Shown: positions 30,040 to 43,019 of the stretch, one piece after another
Numbering within the stretch: position 1 is the stretch's first letter
How the letters are laid out: every line of letters starts with the position of its first letter
NCBI GenBank assembly: GCA_951406725.2
Contig: OX597816.1
Location: 33,790,001 to 33,854,000 of the forward strand
Direction of reading: 5' to 3'
Origin: Octopus vulgaris
Lineage: Eukaryota
DNA: 64,000 bases
Program-made: the position numbers and the translations under genes
Notes under the pieces: model-generated
Told to the model about the DNA's origin: nothing
Seen by the model: the letters and a program-made list of their open reading frames with translations, nothing else
Databases searched by the model: none

Positions 30040-33000
30040 TTGAGTGCTACTACTATCATGTGGTCCCGTACAACCTGTTCCATGGTCAGGTCGTCGGCGA
30101 CTAAACTGGTAACCCCACCAGGTTTGCTTGGTGAGGTGGGTGCTTGTTGAACATCCTGCGGAACAAAATATATAACTCGTCAAAGGGCAGAGTAACTACA
30201 ACGTAGTCAACGGCCATTCATCTACATGTGTTTGTAGAGTGCTTATGTGTGTATATTGTATATTAAACGCTGTGTTTGTGTGTATTATATATAGTTATTT
30301 CAGCATGCTTGTGAACATATTGTATATTGAGTTTTTAAATTATATATATTATATGTAAGTTTTATATTTAATTGTACTCAGTATTATCTCAATTTTTAAT
30401 TTGTATTTATTTCTCTTATTTTAGTTTTTGTTCTTTAATAAATAGATGAGGGGTGGATAGAGCTCCTGTGTTTACCCAAGCCATGACGAGGGCAGTCTAT
30501 CTAGGAGAAAGTAACTCTGAATTTAAATACTTTACTGGTGGCTTGTAGTTAGCCTTTGGAAATGCACCCAATGATGACGACTCACTCTTCTTTTTGGATC
30601 ATGCTTTGTAGTTTAGAGACTGGGAATGGTTTCTGTGCAAAACATTTCCTAAAAATGTCAAGCACATGTATTGCTGGAGAGGAAAAAGAAATGGACATCT
30701 TGTATGTACATGGCTTGCTGAAGCTTAAAAAGGCACATCTAAACAATGAAAGTTCATATTGATAATGAAGCAAATGGCAAAAAGGGCTCTAGAACATTTT
30801 GTTCTGTGGTCTGGCCAGGTAGGTGTGCCAGGGCACCACGGCCTGGATCCGATCGTCATCCCGCAGCTGTGAGTAAATTCATGTTAAGATGCAACCTATG
30901 AATAAAGGATGTTGGAATGTTCGAACGTTATTAGACAATGATTGTCTGAAATCTCGTCCAGAGAGAAGATCCGCGGTTGTTGCAAATGAGTTACAGCGAT
31001 ATGATATGGATGTTGTACCGTTAGCCGAAACAAGAATTCGTGGAAAGGGGAATTTTGTAGAGAAATCAGCTGAGTATCATTTATTTTGTAGCGGTAGAAA
31101 GGAGACCTATAAGAGAGAATCAGGAATGGGATTTGCTATCAAAACCTCTCTGGCTTCAAATCTTGAGGAACTATCAAGTGGTCACTCAGATCGATTAATG
31201 TCTTGAAGACTTCCATTAAGAAAAGGTCGCTATACAACACACGTAAGTGCATATACCCCAACTATGAATTCATTAGAGGATGATAAACTTGCCTTCTATC
31301 TATCAATTACAGAGATTATAGGCAACAACCCACATGATGACAATGTTTTCATATTGGTGGATTTTAATGCTCAGGTTGGTGCCGATTGGGGGACTTGGGG
31401 TGTCCTGGGAAAGCATGAGGTTGGGAGTTCCAACAGTAATGGTTTGCTACTGTTACAAATGTTCATAGAAATGAATTTGTGTGTGATGAATACAATGTTT
31501 CGACTAAAGAATAAGTATAAAGCGACATGGATGCACCCTAGTTCTAAGAAATGGCATTAATTGATTGCATCCTCACCAGGAAACGAGATACTAGGGACTT
31601 TGCAATTGTACGAGTGATGCGTGATGCAGAGTGCTGGACGGATCATAGGCTTTTGCGTGCCAAGGTGATTTGTGTTGTCAATCTTAAGGTTAGAGCAAAT
31701 AATGACAAATTACCTAAACGGATTGATGTCAATAAATTAAGATTCCGTCAGTACGCAGTGAATTTATGTGAGTGAGATAAATAATTTGTCCTGTGATGGA
31801 AGCTGGAAGTCATTCAAAGAAAAAGTGTACAAGATTTGCAATAACATTCTTGGATTTGTTGTAAAAAAAAACACCAAGATTATTTTGCCGATAATGATAA
31901 CGTTAATCTTATCTTAGTGGAGAAGCGAAAGGCATTTAACATGTTGCAAAATGTTGACGTGTCAACGAACAGGATAGTGGATACATATTTCAAAGTAGTA
32001 AAGGCAACAGTGCAGAAGAAGATACGGATGATGCAGGAAATCGGTGGAGTGACAGTGCGATGAAATCCAAGAAGCTTCAAATGCTCTAACAATTCCAAAC
32101 ACTTTTACTCTCTCTTGAAAAAAGTTTATGAACGAATTCCATCAAAGGTTGCGCCATTTCAGAGCAAGGATGGCACAGAATTATTAACAAATCCTAAAGA
32201 TAATGTTGGGAGATGGAAAGAACATTTTGATGAGTTGCTCAATAATCCACTGAAGTTGATGTTTCTTTTCTTGATAATATACTCGAGAGAAGACGCTCGA
32301 CCTTTATTCTCTTGAAAAACGCCGCCGCCGTAGTGATCTCATTCTCGCCCACACCATCATAAGCGGAAAGTGTAACCTCTCGAAAGAGCTGTTCTTCACT
32401 CCTGCTCCAGAGCGTCGGCTGCGGGGTCATTCCGAAAAGCCCTACCTGCGACGATTTCATCTCAATCGAAGGAGAGGAACTTTCTCCGTCCGGGTTGCGG
32501 ATCCGTGGAACAAGCTGCCAGACGAGATGGTAAAGATGCCGACGACCGCTTTGTTCAAAGCCTCCCTGGACCTCAAGTGGCCTGAATTCTTTACATGAAC
32601 ACCACCCTGTACTTAACTCCCCCTACATGGCCTTGCTATTTGCTTTTGAGCCAAATTAACTAACTAACTAACTAACAATAAAACATTTTATTGCAGAAGT
32701 TCCAACCCTAACTGAAGTAAAAGCAGTAATCAAGAAGTTGAAAAATGGAAAGGCCCCTGGTATGTATGGACTAGATGCAGAGATATATAAATATGGTGGT
32801 GATCATCTTTGTCCAAATTTGACGGATGTGATTCAGAGGGTTTGGCAAAGTGAAGATGTTCTTCCGGATTGGCGTGATGCAACTATGGAGATACTATATA
32901 AATCTAAAGGTGGAAAGTATGTCTGTGATAATTATCGCAGCATCTGTCTGTTAGCTGTTGCTGGAAAAGTCCTCTGTGGGGTAATACTGGATAGGTTGAT

Positions 33001-34700
33001 TCTGCACATTGCAGATGAGGTTCTACCAGAATCGAAATGTGGGCTTAGGGATAGCAGGAGTACTATGGATATGATATATTCGGCTAGACAGTTACAAGAG
33101 AAGTGCATCGGAAGTATATGCATTTATACCAGGTTTTCATTGACCTAACAAAGGTTTTTGATTCTATCAATAGAATTGCACTTTGGGAGATCTTACAAAA
33201 GCTATGATGTCCTGAAAAATTGGTGAGAATGCTTAGACAATTTCATGGCAAGATGAAAGTGAGAGTTAATGGTGAAGGTACATTATCAGATCCAATTCCT
33301 GTAAAAAATTGGGTAAAGCAAGGTGATATTCACGCTCCTACACTGTTTCCTGTATATTTCGCAATAGTCTTTCAAATAGCTATTAAAGATTTCCTGCAGG
33401 GGGCTATATAAGATATAGGACAACAGGAAAACTGTTCAATCGCAAAAAGACTCAGTGCCAAAACGAAAGTTCTGCTTTCTCACCTTGTTGAGTTTCTGTA
33501 TGCAGATGATTGTGACCTGTTGGCACATTCTCAGAAAGATATGTAGCACATGGTGAATGCGATTTCTGCAGCATGTGCAGCAATGGGTCTAACAATCAAT
33601 CTAAAAAAACTGTTATGATGCACTAGCCTGCTCCCTCCAAGATGAATGTGGAATTTTTTATAACTGTGAATGGTCAAAAGTTGGAGACAGTACTTAGATT
33701 TATTTATGTAGGAAGTAACTTGAGCACTGTGTGGTCTTGATGACGAATTTCATACAGGATCAGCAGGGCTAGTAGTACTTTTGGTAGGCTTGATAGGGGT
33801 CTGTGGAAACAACATAATATATCTTGACAAATTAAAGTTAAAGTATATTACACGTGTCCTTTCATCTTTGCTATATGGAAATGAGGCATGGAAAGATTTC
33901 ATCAATGCTGTCTGAGATGAAATTTGGGGATAAACTGGAAAATGGCCATTAGTAAGGTGGAAGTGCTTGAGAGGAGTGGTTGTAGAAGTATAGAGTCAAT
34001 GATTTTGCAAAGACTTTGAGGTGGGAGAACATTAGGTAAGGATGAGTGCTGAGCGACTTCCCAAGCAGCTATTGTATGGTGAGCTGGAAGATCGCTGGAG
34101 ACTAGCAAATAAGCCTTAACTAGGGTTTAAGGATTGCCTTAAAAATGCTCTAATACAGACAGGAATTGCAGATGGTAATTGGCAGACAGAGGCACCAGAT
34201 CGTGATGGATGGAGGAAGATAGTGCATGATGATTCTTCAAGGTTTGAGAGGGAGAGAGTGAAATATGAGGCAAATCGGAGGGGGCTTAGAAGAGCGAACC
34301 TGTGTAAAGTGAGAGAGTACTTCTTATGTGTGTGGTTTGTGAGCGGCGATGTTTGAGTCGTGCAGGCCTTGTGAGCCATAGAAATTCTCACAGAAATTAA
34401 CTCTTGATAAACAATGATGTGGCGATTAAAATTCACAACAGAACATGTGTAAAATGTGGAAAGGTGTGCCTCTCAGTTGGAGGTCTAAAAAGACATCTTA
34501 AGAGAGTTCATATGGTGGCACCCATTTCTCACGCCAGCCAGTACGTTTGTCTAGTATGTAATAAAATGTGTAAAAGCTTGGCCAGGCTTAAACATCATAT
34601 AAGGACATCACATGACAACAATCAGGAACCATTTCAATAAGTCTTCTTGGCAATGGGTTTTCTCGTGTAACAAGGATTCAGCTGCGATATGTGTGTGTGC
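30040..34700 (+). mobile_element. Near full-length degenerate RTE-clade LINE (APE + RT + C-terminal C2H2 fingers)
   Basis: APE: CWNVRTLLD..PERRSA..AETR, DFNAQVG, TWMHPSSK, CWTDHRLL. RT: GKAPG, NYRSICLL, ARQLQEKC, VKQGD, LYADD (~33496). Zinc fingers at 34329-34613 and a (TG)n end. Many stops and frameshifts; the 5' boundary is approximate. Confidence 0.92.
32290..32676 (+). mobile_element. 5'-truncated CR1 LINE 3' end nested inside the RTE
   Basis: Open frame LDLYSLEKRRRRSDLI..LRGH..FSVRVADPWNKLP..FKASLD, a short 3' UTR and a (TAAC)5 tail. The RTE reading resumes on both sides. Confidence 0.9.
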
Positions 34701-34721
34701 GAGTATATACACACACACACG

Positions 34722-34790
<69 letters not shown>

Positions 34791-34945
34791 AGATGTATAT
34801 ATGTATATATTTATATATGTATATATAGATGTATATCTGTATATATATGTATATATGTATATATATATTTATATATATATATATGTATACATATGTATAT
34901 ATATATATGTATATATATGCATATATATATTATATGTATTACGCG

Positions 34946-34980
<35 letters not shown>

Positions 34981-34994
34981 GCATATATATATCT

Positions 34995-35051
<57 letters not shown>

Positions 35052-35716
35052 GTATATGTACTTCCGTTTTGTTTGTAGAAAGATATGCTTTTTGTGCCCC
35101 TGGAACAACCAAGAGGGATTTCCTTAATTTACGAAATATCTACTAAAGCTTACAAAAAAAAAATGAAAAACGTAGTACTTGTTATTTCATAATGGTCTAA
35201 TATAATATATTGGTAAAAAAAAATTATATATTACACTAACGGTTTAATATATTACATTAAAATCAGTGACGCGGGCTAGAGTTATCTTCGATGAAAATAC
35301 GAGGTGATAGATCGTCCGTTCATTGGCGGCCGTGTGTAAAGGGTAATCGATTTTTCTTTCAAACAAAACTTCTTCCTACAAAGACAAGGGATGAAATTTA
35401 CCAGTTGGGAATAAGTATCCTATTAATTTTGTTTATTTTGTTTTATCTTTGGTAGTACCGCATGGAAATTTGATCTAAAGCGTAGTATTTGTTTACTTTC
35501 CCTTTGAAAATTTACGCTAGGAAATTCATTACGAAACTTCTCCTTTTTATCACTACCATTTTTCATTTATATTTTCGTACAGCGACCTCTTCGTTTACAT
35601 TCTATTTCAAAATTTCACGGTAACAAATTCGTTACGGACCCTCTTTCTTTTAACTATCGTTTTTCATTTTATCTTTCTTCTTACAGCGGCCCTCTTACCG
35701 TATATTCTGTTCTACT

Positions 35717-35872
35717 CTACGCCTGAAATTTTGGGGGAGAGATAGTTAATTTATCGACCCCAAACGGATGAAATGTGAAGTCTATCTCGGTGGATTTTGA
35801 ACTCAGAACATAAAAAAAAAACAGACGAATTACCGCAAAGCATTTCGCCCTGTGTATTAACATTTCAGCCAG
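35717..35872 (-). mobile_element. SINE (family also clustered at 53990-55305)
   Basis: TTTATCGACCCC..GGATGAAA..TTTGAACTCAGAAC..GACGAA..AAGCATTTCGCCC. Confidence 0.75.
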
Positions 35873-35893
35873 TACGCACGAACGCACACAATT

Positions 35894-36420
35894 ACGAGGG
35901 TGAGTGGAAAATTTCATGGGCTGAATATGAAGGATTGGTGGTAGAAACCGTGAAAATTTGACATCGTGGAACCAAAAACATTCAAGCTGACATGGCGGAT
36001 ACATTAGAGGATGACGCCCCAGCTTTATAAACAGAGCAAAAATGGGCCGCTGAATTTAGGAGGGGAAGTGCGAATTTGGAATATGTCGAAGTATTTCGCT
36101 CAGTATCGACCGTGTCTTCTTACACCTGATCTAAAACGCACAAAGTTTATCACATCACGACAAAATCTGACATTGTGTGAGGCAGATCCAGCTGGCTTCC
36201 TTGAACGTTTCCTCTCACAAGATGTGTGTTGGTTTCATTACTTTCAGCTAGAGAAAAATATTCATTTTACGCTGTAAAAGCATCCCTTCTCACCTCCAAA
36301 GAAGGCCAAGGTTGTTTCATTTGCAGGGAAGGTGATGGCGTAAGTCTTGGGGGGATACAGAAGGCTTTCTATTTATTGACTACCTTCAAATGGGCCACGC
36401 TTACAATGTAGAGTACTACT
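35894..36420 (+). mobile_element. Internally deleted mariner fragment (irritans-like)
   Basis: TACGAGGG terminus. DDAPAL..KWAAEFRRG, LLTPDLK..FLERFLSQDVCWFH and PPKKAKVVSFAGKVMA motifs. Confidence 0.8.
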
Positions 36421-37825
36421 CCATCCTTTTTATCCTCATTATTGGTGCCATCTGTTCGTCATCAGTTGCCCAGCACGATATAGACTGATCTGGGAACCAG
36501 TATCGCAGTGATAATAGCATCACAACTGCTGTTGATGATATTTCGAGCAACAAGATGAAAACTTGTTTGCGAATCGGATCAAAACACCGGAATACCGAAG
36601 GAAGAATTGATTGGACCGCATCAGCCCATGCACTTTTCAATCAACCCAAACGAGGAAATCAAATAAAGAATTTCAGACCAATACCAGTTGATTAATTTCA
36701 GGTAAGCATAAAATATTTCGTTTTGCAATCATGTATACATAAACTGCTATGTATATTAACAGTTAATATGTCAATTATTGTGTCTTACTTTTGTGTTAGT
36801 AGTGCCATATTCTCATTTTTTAAGCTAAGCTCTATAGAATTTCTAAAGAAGTCAGAACCAGAATTGCATATTTCGAAATTCCGTTTACGAAGTCATCTAT
36901 ATAAACAAGGAGATCTGACATAGAAATGATAGGTAATAGGTGCTTATACATATTTCATGAGTTATTGCTTGTTCCTCAGAATCACATCCAAAGGCAATTT
37001 AAAGACACAATATTGATATGAAATCTTTTAATATATTTGCTAGCATATCATGGTGGCAAAACAAAATACTGTCTCCTACGAATATATGCGTAGCAGTTGC
37101 TAAGAATGCGTCTAATATGTAAACAGGTGTATCCAGTTGTGTTAAAACCGCTATGCTTAGTGGATATTTAAGGGATGTGTTCGGAGATAGTTGAGTGGTT
37201 GGATGTGGAACCAATGAAAGAGCAATAAATCTTGGAATATACAGTACATCTATTACCTATTCCTTTCTGTATCCGATCGCTTTGTTTGCATAGACATATT
37301 CGTATACGTTGTAATCTAAGGTGATCATTGAATTCCAAAGAAAATTTATAGGGATAAAATTTATGCATATGCGTGCGTGCGTGTGTGTATATCAAATTTC
37401 CAAGATGTGGGAGAATCAGGTATTTAAATAGTGTAAACCGAAAGGTCAGTTCGGTGATAGCGCTATTGTGTAGAAACAAGGTATACGGCAAATACGTACT
37501 CAGTAAATTAAACATTGACTAGTTATGCGTACATTCACAAGTGGCTGACTGAATAGACAGCGTGTCGTCAAGATCACACACGTGTACACTTACTGTACCT
37601 ATTGCATCGCCGTCTAGAGACTCCAGATCCAAGTTAATTGAGGTTTCCAAGTTAATTGAAGAATAATCAACAAAAGATGTATTGTGGTTCACTGCAGCTG
37701 TTTTAGACGTGTTTTTATTTTATGAACAGAAGAGTTCTATCATCCAAAACTTAAACCGTTTTCATCAAGCGAATACAGGTAAGAATTATGAATTAAAACT
37801 TCTCAAGAACAAGTATATGGTGTGA

Positions 37826-38830
37826 GATTCTTCTTCTTCTCATCCCCCTCATTCTTCTTCTTCTTCTTCTTCTTCTTCTTCTTCTTCTTCTTCTTCTTCT
37901 TCTTCTTCTTCTTCTTTGTCTTCTTCTTCTTCTTCTTCTTCTTCTTCTTCTTCTTCTTCTTCTTCTTCTTCTTCTTCTTCTTCGCTGCCTTGAGACATTT
38001 GTGCGGCACATCGGGCAGTCACTGATCGGCAATTATCTCCGTCTCTGACCAACTGGCATGCTTCTTCCCAGCGGATGTTCAGACTGCGTAGGTCTTCTTT
38101 GAAAGTACTTCGCCATGTCTTTCTTGTGTGACCTCTTGTGTAGAAAACAACAATACTGTCAACAGCGATGTATACCTTCCGGCGGCATCAAACACATGGC
38201 TGTTTTGTCAGGCCTCTTCTCTGGCAGTCTTAGTAGGGTTAAAATTGCAATGAGAGGCCTTCTTTTTGCTGCTTGGAGATTGACTTCATTTATCTCTCTA
38301 TCTCGATAGGTGATTTTTAGGACCTTCATGAGGCACCGCTCACGATATACACCGAGTAGACGGGCGATTTTTAGAGTCAGCATCCATATTTCTGCTGTAT
38401 ACATCGCTGCTGGCAGTATTGTTGTTTTCTACACAAGAATCGTGAGCTCTATACTTATGTTATTGCTACAACACATATTTGTCAGACTTCTAAATACTGC
38501 CGCTGCGTTGCCAATTCTGCAGCTTGCATCTGCGTCTGCATCACTGCTGCTTGTCACTATGCTTCTCAGATATGTGAAGCTTCTAACCTCATCAACTGCT
38601 TTCTATCCAAACTTCACCGGAAAACTTTCTTTTTGTTTAACAACTTGCATTACCTCCGTGTTTGACTGGTGATTCTCAGACAAGTCTTTGTCGATCGCCT
38701 CTGTATTTTTGTAGTCATTTAATGTAATGTTGGGTGATTCTCTGCCAACATGGCAATATTATCGGCAGACCTTTTAGCCGGTCCCTCACAGTCCATGGCA
38801 TGCCACAGGACACTACAGACACACACTCGG
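37826..38830 (-). mobile_element. 5'-truncated RTE-type LINE with (GAA)n tail
   Basis: Minus strand: ADNIAML (RT motif C-like), FTYLRS, RIGNAAAVF, MYTAEIW, RGHTRKTW, running into (GAA)n at 37826-37983. Confidence 0.85.
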
Positions 38831-38869
38831 TCATCTGTTGGTGTTTGTATATATATATATATATATATA

Positions 38870-39056
38870 TACCGAAAGAATTAGAAATAGCAGTCAGTGA
38901 CTGTTTATTTCCATTTTCTACAAGTGGGGGCTCCATATACGACACAACCCTGCAATTCACATACGCAAAAGGTCATATTTACATACTGAAATCTACCGGT
39001 AAGTAATTGTTGGTTATCTGAAAAACCATCGAAAAAATTATTTACCCTTATTATTA
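38870..39056. mobile_element. Family B-related fragment between TA tracts
   Basis: TACCGAAAGAATTAGAAATAGCAG motif. The end ATTATTTACCCTTA is the reverse complement of sequence at ~52851. Confidence 0.5.
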
Positions 39057-39082
39057 TATATATGTGTGTGTGTGTGTGTGTG

Positions 39083-39287
39083 TGACCGCGTGTGACATCT
39101 TTTTCGCGATTTTTTCCTCCGTCTTCCATTCTCTGGATCTTTCCTTTTCCCATGTCTCTCACGAAGAGCTCCGTACGAAACGTAATACCCTCCTTCTTCC
39201 TTTCCTTCCTGACCGTCCAATAGTACTATATTTGTTACACGTCCCCGCGTTGTTGTGTTGACTCTTTGTGTTTTCATGTTTGGATTA

Positions 39288-39292
<5 letters not shown>
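39083..39292 (+). mobile_element. Family A hammerhead-bearing short element (degenerate core)
   Basis: Reverse complement of 4866-5070. CTCACGA-AGAGCTCCGTAC-GAAAC-GTA at 39158-39184. The 3' end lies in (TA)n. Confidence 0.7.
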
Positions 39293-39359
<67 letters not shown>

Positions 39360-39560
39360 GGGGGAGATTTCACAAAAACAAACAAAAGAAGAAGACAGGT
39401 GGTGTAGACAACAAAAAGATGTATTAGTTTAACGCTCAGGAAGTGAAAATGTCTTTAACGTTTCAAGCCGACGCTCTTCCACAGAAAGGAACACAGAAAG
39501 AAATAAGGAGAGAGAATAAAGAATATGTAGTGGCCAGCGAACTATCATGTCGAATGCCGA

Positions 39561-39562
<2 letters not shown>
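39360..39562 (-). mobile_element. Family A hammerhead-bearing short element
   Basis: 39453-39488(-): CTTT-CTGTGGA-A-GAGC(GTCG)GCTT-GAAAC-GTT-AAAG. Flanked by (TA)n on both sides. Confidence 0.7.
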
Positions 39563-39621
<59 letters not shown>

Positions 39622-40193
39622 TACATATATGCATACATACACATATTTTCCTTTCTTCACACTTGTGTTTCTTTCCCTTCGTTGTAGCTGGAAGAACGAA
39701 GACGTGTTCTTGTTTGTCTCCAGTCGAATCTTGATTTACGCGTTCTCCAGCACAAACTCGTTTAGGCTTACCAGGCCCTCCACTTTCTTTTCAATCTCCT
39801 GTTTGTGTTATCAGTTTTGACCCTCCGCAAAATCCTAAATTTCATTGAATTTCCTTTGCGGGAGCAACTATTTTATCGAAAGCGTATATTGTTGTTAAAT
39901 GCTCGAAATACGAGACTAGGAAAAAACAGCCAAGAACTGATGAAGGATTGTTCTTTATGTTGTTTGTTTTATTTCCCAATTAGTGACTTTCGTTGTTCGA
40001 AAGTACAGTTCATGTTCCATGTGCTTGGGCTTCGTATTTCTTGTTGTACACGTTTCGTGACGTGCTGTTCCCACATATGCATATATACATATACCTTTAG
40101 ATGTAAATATGTAAATATACGTATGTATATCTGCACGCATACACACACACATACACACACACAAACACACACACATATATATATTAAATATGT

Positions 40194-40515
40194 GGAGACG
40201 CAATGGCCCAGTGGTTAGGGCAGCGGACTCGCGGTCGTAGGATCGCGGTTTCGATTCCCAGACCGGGCGTTGTGAGTGTTTATTGAGCGAAAACACCTAA
40301 AAGCTCCACGAGGCTCCAGCAGGGGATGGTGGTAATCCCTTCTGTACTCTTTCACCACAACTTTCTCTCACTCTTACTTCCTGTTTCTGTTGTGCCTGTA
40401 TTTCAAAGGGCCGGCCTTATCACTCTCTGTGTCACGCTGAATATCCCCGAGAACTACGTTAAGGGTACACGTGTCTGTGGAGTGCTCAGCCACTTACACG
40501 GAACCGACGGAGTGC
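40194..40515 (+). mobile_element. tRNA-derived SINE, well preserved
   Basis: GGAGACGCAATGGCCCAGTGGTTAGG..GGTTTCGATTCCC tRNA-like head. Tail GAGAACTACGTTAAGGGTACACGTGTCTGTGGAGTGCTCAGCCACTT. Confidence 0.85.
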
Positions 40516-40766
40516 TTCCATTCCATATTAAATATATCATTTACATCAGTATATGATTGAACGCCGAGCATCCTCTTCCATGTAAGTTTTATCTTAATAA
40601 TTCTGATGCACACTCCATACGCTCTTATTCCTCTTTCGGTTTTCTCTCTTGGTCTCCCTTGTTCTTTTACCGCCTTTTCTCCCACTATTCTATCGCATTA
40701 CTCTCTCACGCTCTCTCCTTCACTCCTCCTCCCTTATAGTTGTATGTACATATACGTATGTATATA

Positions 40767-40833
<67 letters not shown>

Positions 40834-41016
40834 AAAGGGCTTAGTAAAATAAATTACTTTGCCGCATACTGAACTCATTAGAAATAGCAGCTAAAAAAAC
40901 TTTTTTAAAACTATTTCCAATACTTAAAGAAAATCTCTCTCATATAGTGTTTGCTCAATTCAACTCACGAAAGTATGAGGGTAGAAACATTAAAAAAATC
41001 AAATGCAAAGGTTATT

Positions 41017-41069
41017 TGAGAACGTACGTTTCAAGATTAGTCAAACTCGACACTTCTATCATCAGCTCA
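41017..41069 (-). ncRNA. Type I hammerhead ribozyme motif, unit 1
   Basis: TGAG-CTGATGA-[TAGA..GTC(GAGTTT)GAC..TCTT]-GAAAC-GTAC-GTT-CTCA. Confidence 0.75.
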
Positions 41070-41576
41070 GAACTCCCTGGTTTGGATTTGAAAACACTGA
41101 AAGTAGGAGCATACCTTTTCGGCTTCCCATCGCCTCTGAAGATCTACTCGAAACTAACAGTGTCAGCAAATTCAAATATGCAAGCGAAGAATTTCTGCTC
41201 TTCCCCTTCCACCAGCGTGGGCTAAAATCAGCAAACAACATGCTTTTTTTCGGTAAAATCCGAGGCATTAAATAGAGAGAGATGAATTATAATTTCAACA
41301 ATTGAGGGTAAAATTAATTAATTAATCAATTTCACCAAGTATTCAGTATGCAAAGGGACCATTTAAGGCAGAATTCAAATTATTACATTATATAAAAGGG
41401 CTTAGTAAAATAAATTACTTTGCCGCATACTGAACTCATTAGAAATAGCAGCTAAAAAAACTTTTTTAAAACTATTTCCAATACTTAAAGAAAATCTCTC
41501 TCATATAGTGTTTGCTCAATTCAACTCACGAAAGTATGAGGGTAGAAACATTAAAAAATCAAATGCAAAGGTTATT

Positions 41577-41629
41577 TGAGAACGTACGTTTCAAGATTAG
41601 TCAAACTCGACACTTCTATCATCAGCTCA
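41577..41629 (-). ncRNA. Type I hammerhead ribozyme motif, unit 2
   Basis: Identical to the unit 1 motif. Confidence 0.75.
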
Positions 41630-42136
41630 GAACTCCCTGGTTTGGATTTGAAAACACTGAAAGTAGGAGCATACCTTTTCGGCTTCCCATCGCCTCTGAA
41701 GATCTACTCGAAACTAACAGTGTCAGCAAATTCAAATATGCAAGCGAAGAATTTCTGCTTTTCCCCTTCCACCAGCGTGGGCTAAAATCAGCAAACAACA
41801 TGCTTTTTTTTCGGTAAAATCCGAGGCATTAAATAGAGAGAGATGAATTATAATTTCAACAATTGAGGGTAAAATTAATTAATTAATCAATTTCACCAAG
41901 TATTCAGTATGCAAAGGGACCATTTAAGGCGAATTCAAATTATTACATTATATAAAAGGGCTTAGTAAAATAAATTACTTTGCCGCATACTGAACTCATT
42001 AGAAATAGCAGCTAAAAAAACTTTTTTAAAACTATTTCCAATACTTAAAGAAAATCTCTCTCATATAGTGTTTGCTCAATTCAACTCACGAAAGTATGAG
42101 GGTAGAAACATTAAAAAATCAAATGCAATGGTTATT

Positions 42137-42187
42137 TGAGAACGTACGTTTCAAGATTAGTCAAACTCGACACTTATCATCAGCTCA
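42137..42187 (-). ncRNA. Type I hammerhead ribozyme motif, unit 3 (2-nt deletion in helix II)
   Basis: Core intact. CACTTATCATCAG here versus CACTTCTATCATCAG in the other copies. Confidence 0.65.
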
Positions 42188-42686
42188 GAACTCCTGGTTT
42201 GGATTTGAAAACACTGAAGGTAGGAGCATACCTTTTCGGCTTCTTTAAGTATTTTCTTTAAGATTTTCTTTAAGTATTGGAAATAGTTTTAAAAAGTTTT
42301 TTTAGCTGCTATTTCTAATGAGTTCAGTATGCGGCAAAGTAATTTATTTTACTAAGCCCTTTTATATAACGTAATAATTTGAATTCGCCTTAAATGGTCC
42401 CTTTGCATACTGAATACTTGGTGAAATTGATTAATTAATTAATTTTACCCTCAATTGTTGAAATTATAATTCATCTCTCTCTATTTAATGCCTCAGATTT
42501 TACCGAAAAAAAGCATGTTGTTTGCTGATTTTAACCCACGCTGGTGGAAGGGGAAGAGCAGAAATTCTTCGCTTGCATATTTGAATTTGCTGGCACTGTT
42601 AGTTTCGAGTAGATCTTCAGAGGCGATGGGAAGCCGAAAAGGTATGCTCCTACTTTCAGTGTTTTCAAATCCAAACCAGGGAGTTC

Positions 42687-42739
42687 TGAGCTGATGATAG
42701 AAGTGTCGAGTTTGACTAATCTTGAAACGTACGTTCTCA
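42687..42739 (+). ncRNA. Type I hammerhead ribozyme motif, inverted unit
   Basis: TGAG 42687, CTGATGA 42691-42697, GAAAC 42724-42728, GTAC, GTT 42733-42735, CTCA 42736-42739. Confidence 0.75.
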
Positions 42740-43019
42740 AATAACCTTTGCATTTGATTTTTTAATGTTTCTACCCTCATACTTTCGTGAGTTGAATTGA
42801 GCAAACACTATATGAGAGAGATTTTCTTTAAGTATTGGAAATAGTTTTAAAAAAGTTTTTTTAGCTGCTATTTCTAATGAGTTCAGTATGCGGCAAAGTA
42901 ATTTATTTTACTAAGCCCTTTTATATAATGTAATAATTTGAATTCGCCTTAAATGGTCCCTTTGCATACTGAATACTTGGTGAAATTGATTAATTAATTA
43001 ATTTTACCCTCAATTGTTG

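Noticed and set aside
37793-38052. Poly-R/K/E/F ORFs; also poly-D ORF at 49094 and poly-A/Q ORFs at 27853-28349
   Set aside because: Trinucleotide repeats. The first is the LINE tail.
40194-40270. Functional tRNA gene (also 1371, 11290)
   Set aside because: The tRNA-like head continues into a SINE body with no clean acceptor stem or terminator.
41131-41168. Possible second, opposite-polarity hammerhead in the unit (CTGAAGA-TCTACTC-GAAAC..GTC), which would make it viroid-like
   Set aside because: No pairable helix II and only 2-3 bp of helix I. Worth including as a control in cleavage assays, but not supportable as a feature.
41512-41817. ~100-aa ORF repeated in each array unit (antisense to the hammerhead)
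   Set aside because: No recognisable domain. The recurrence follows from near-identical DNA, and homopolymer indels change its start and end between copies.
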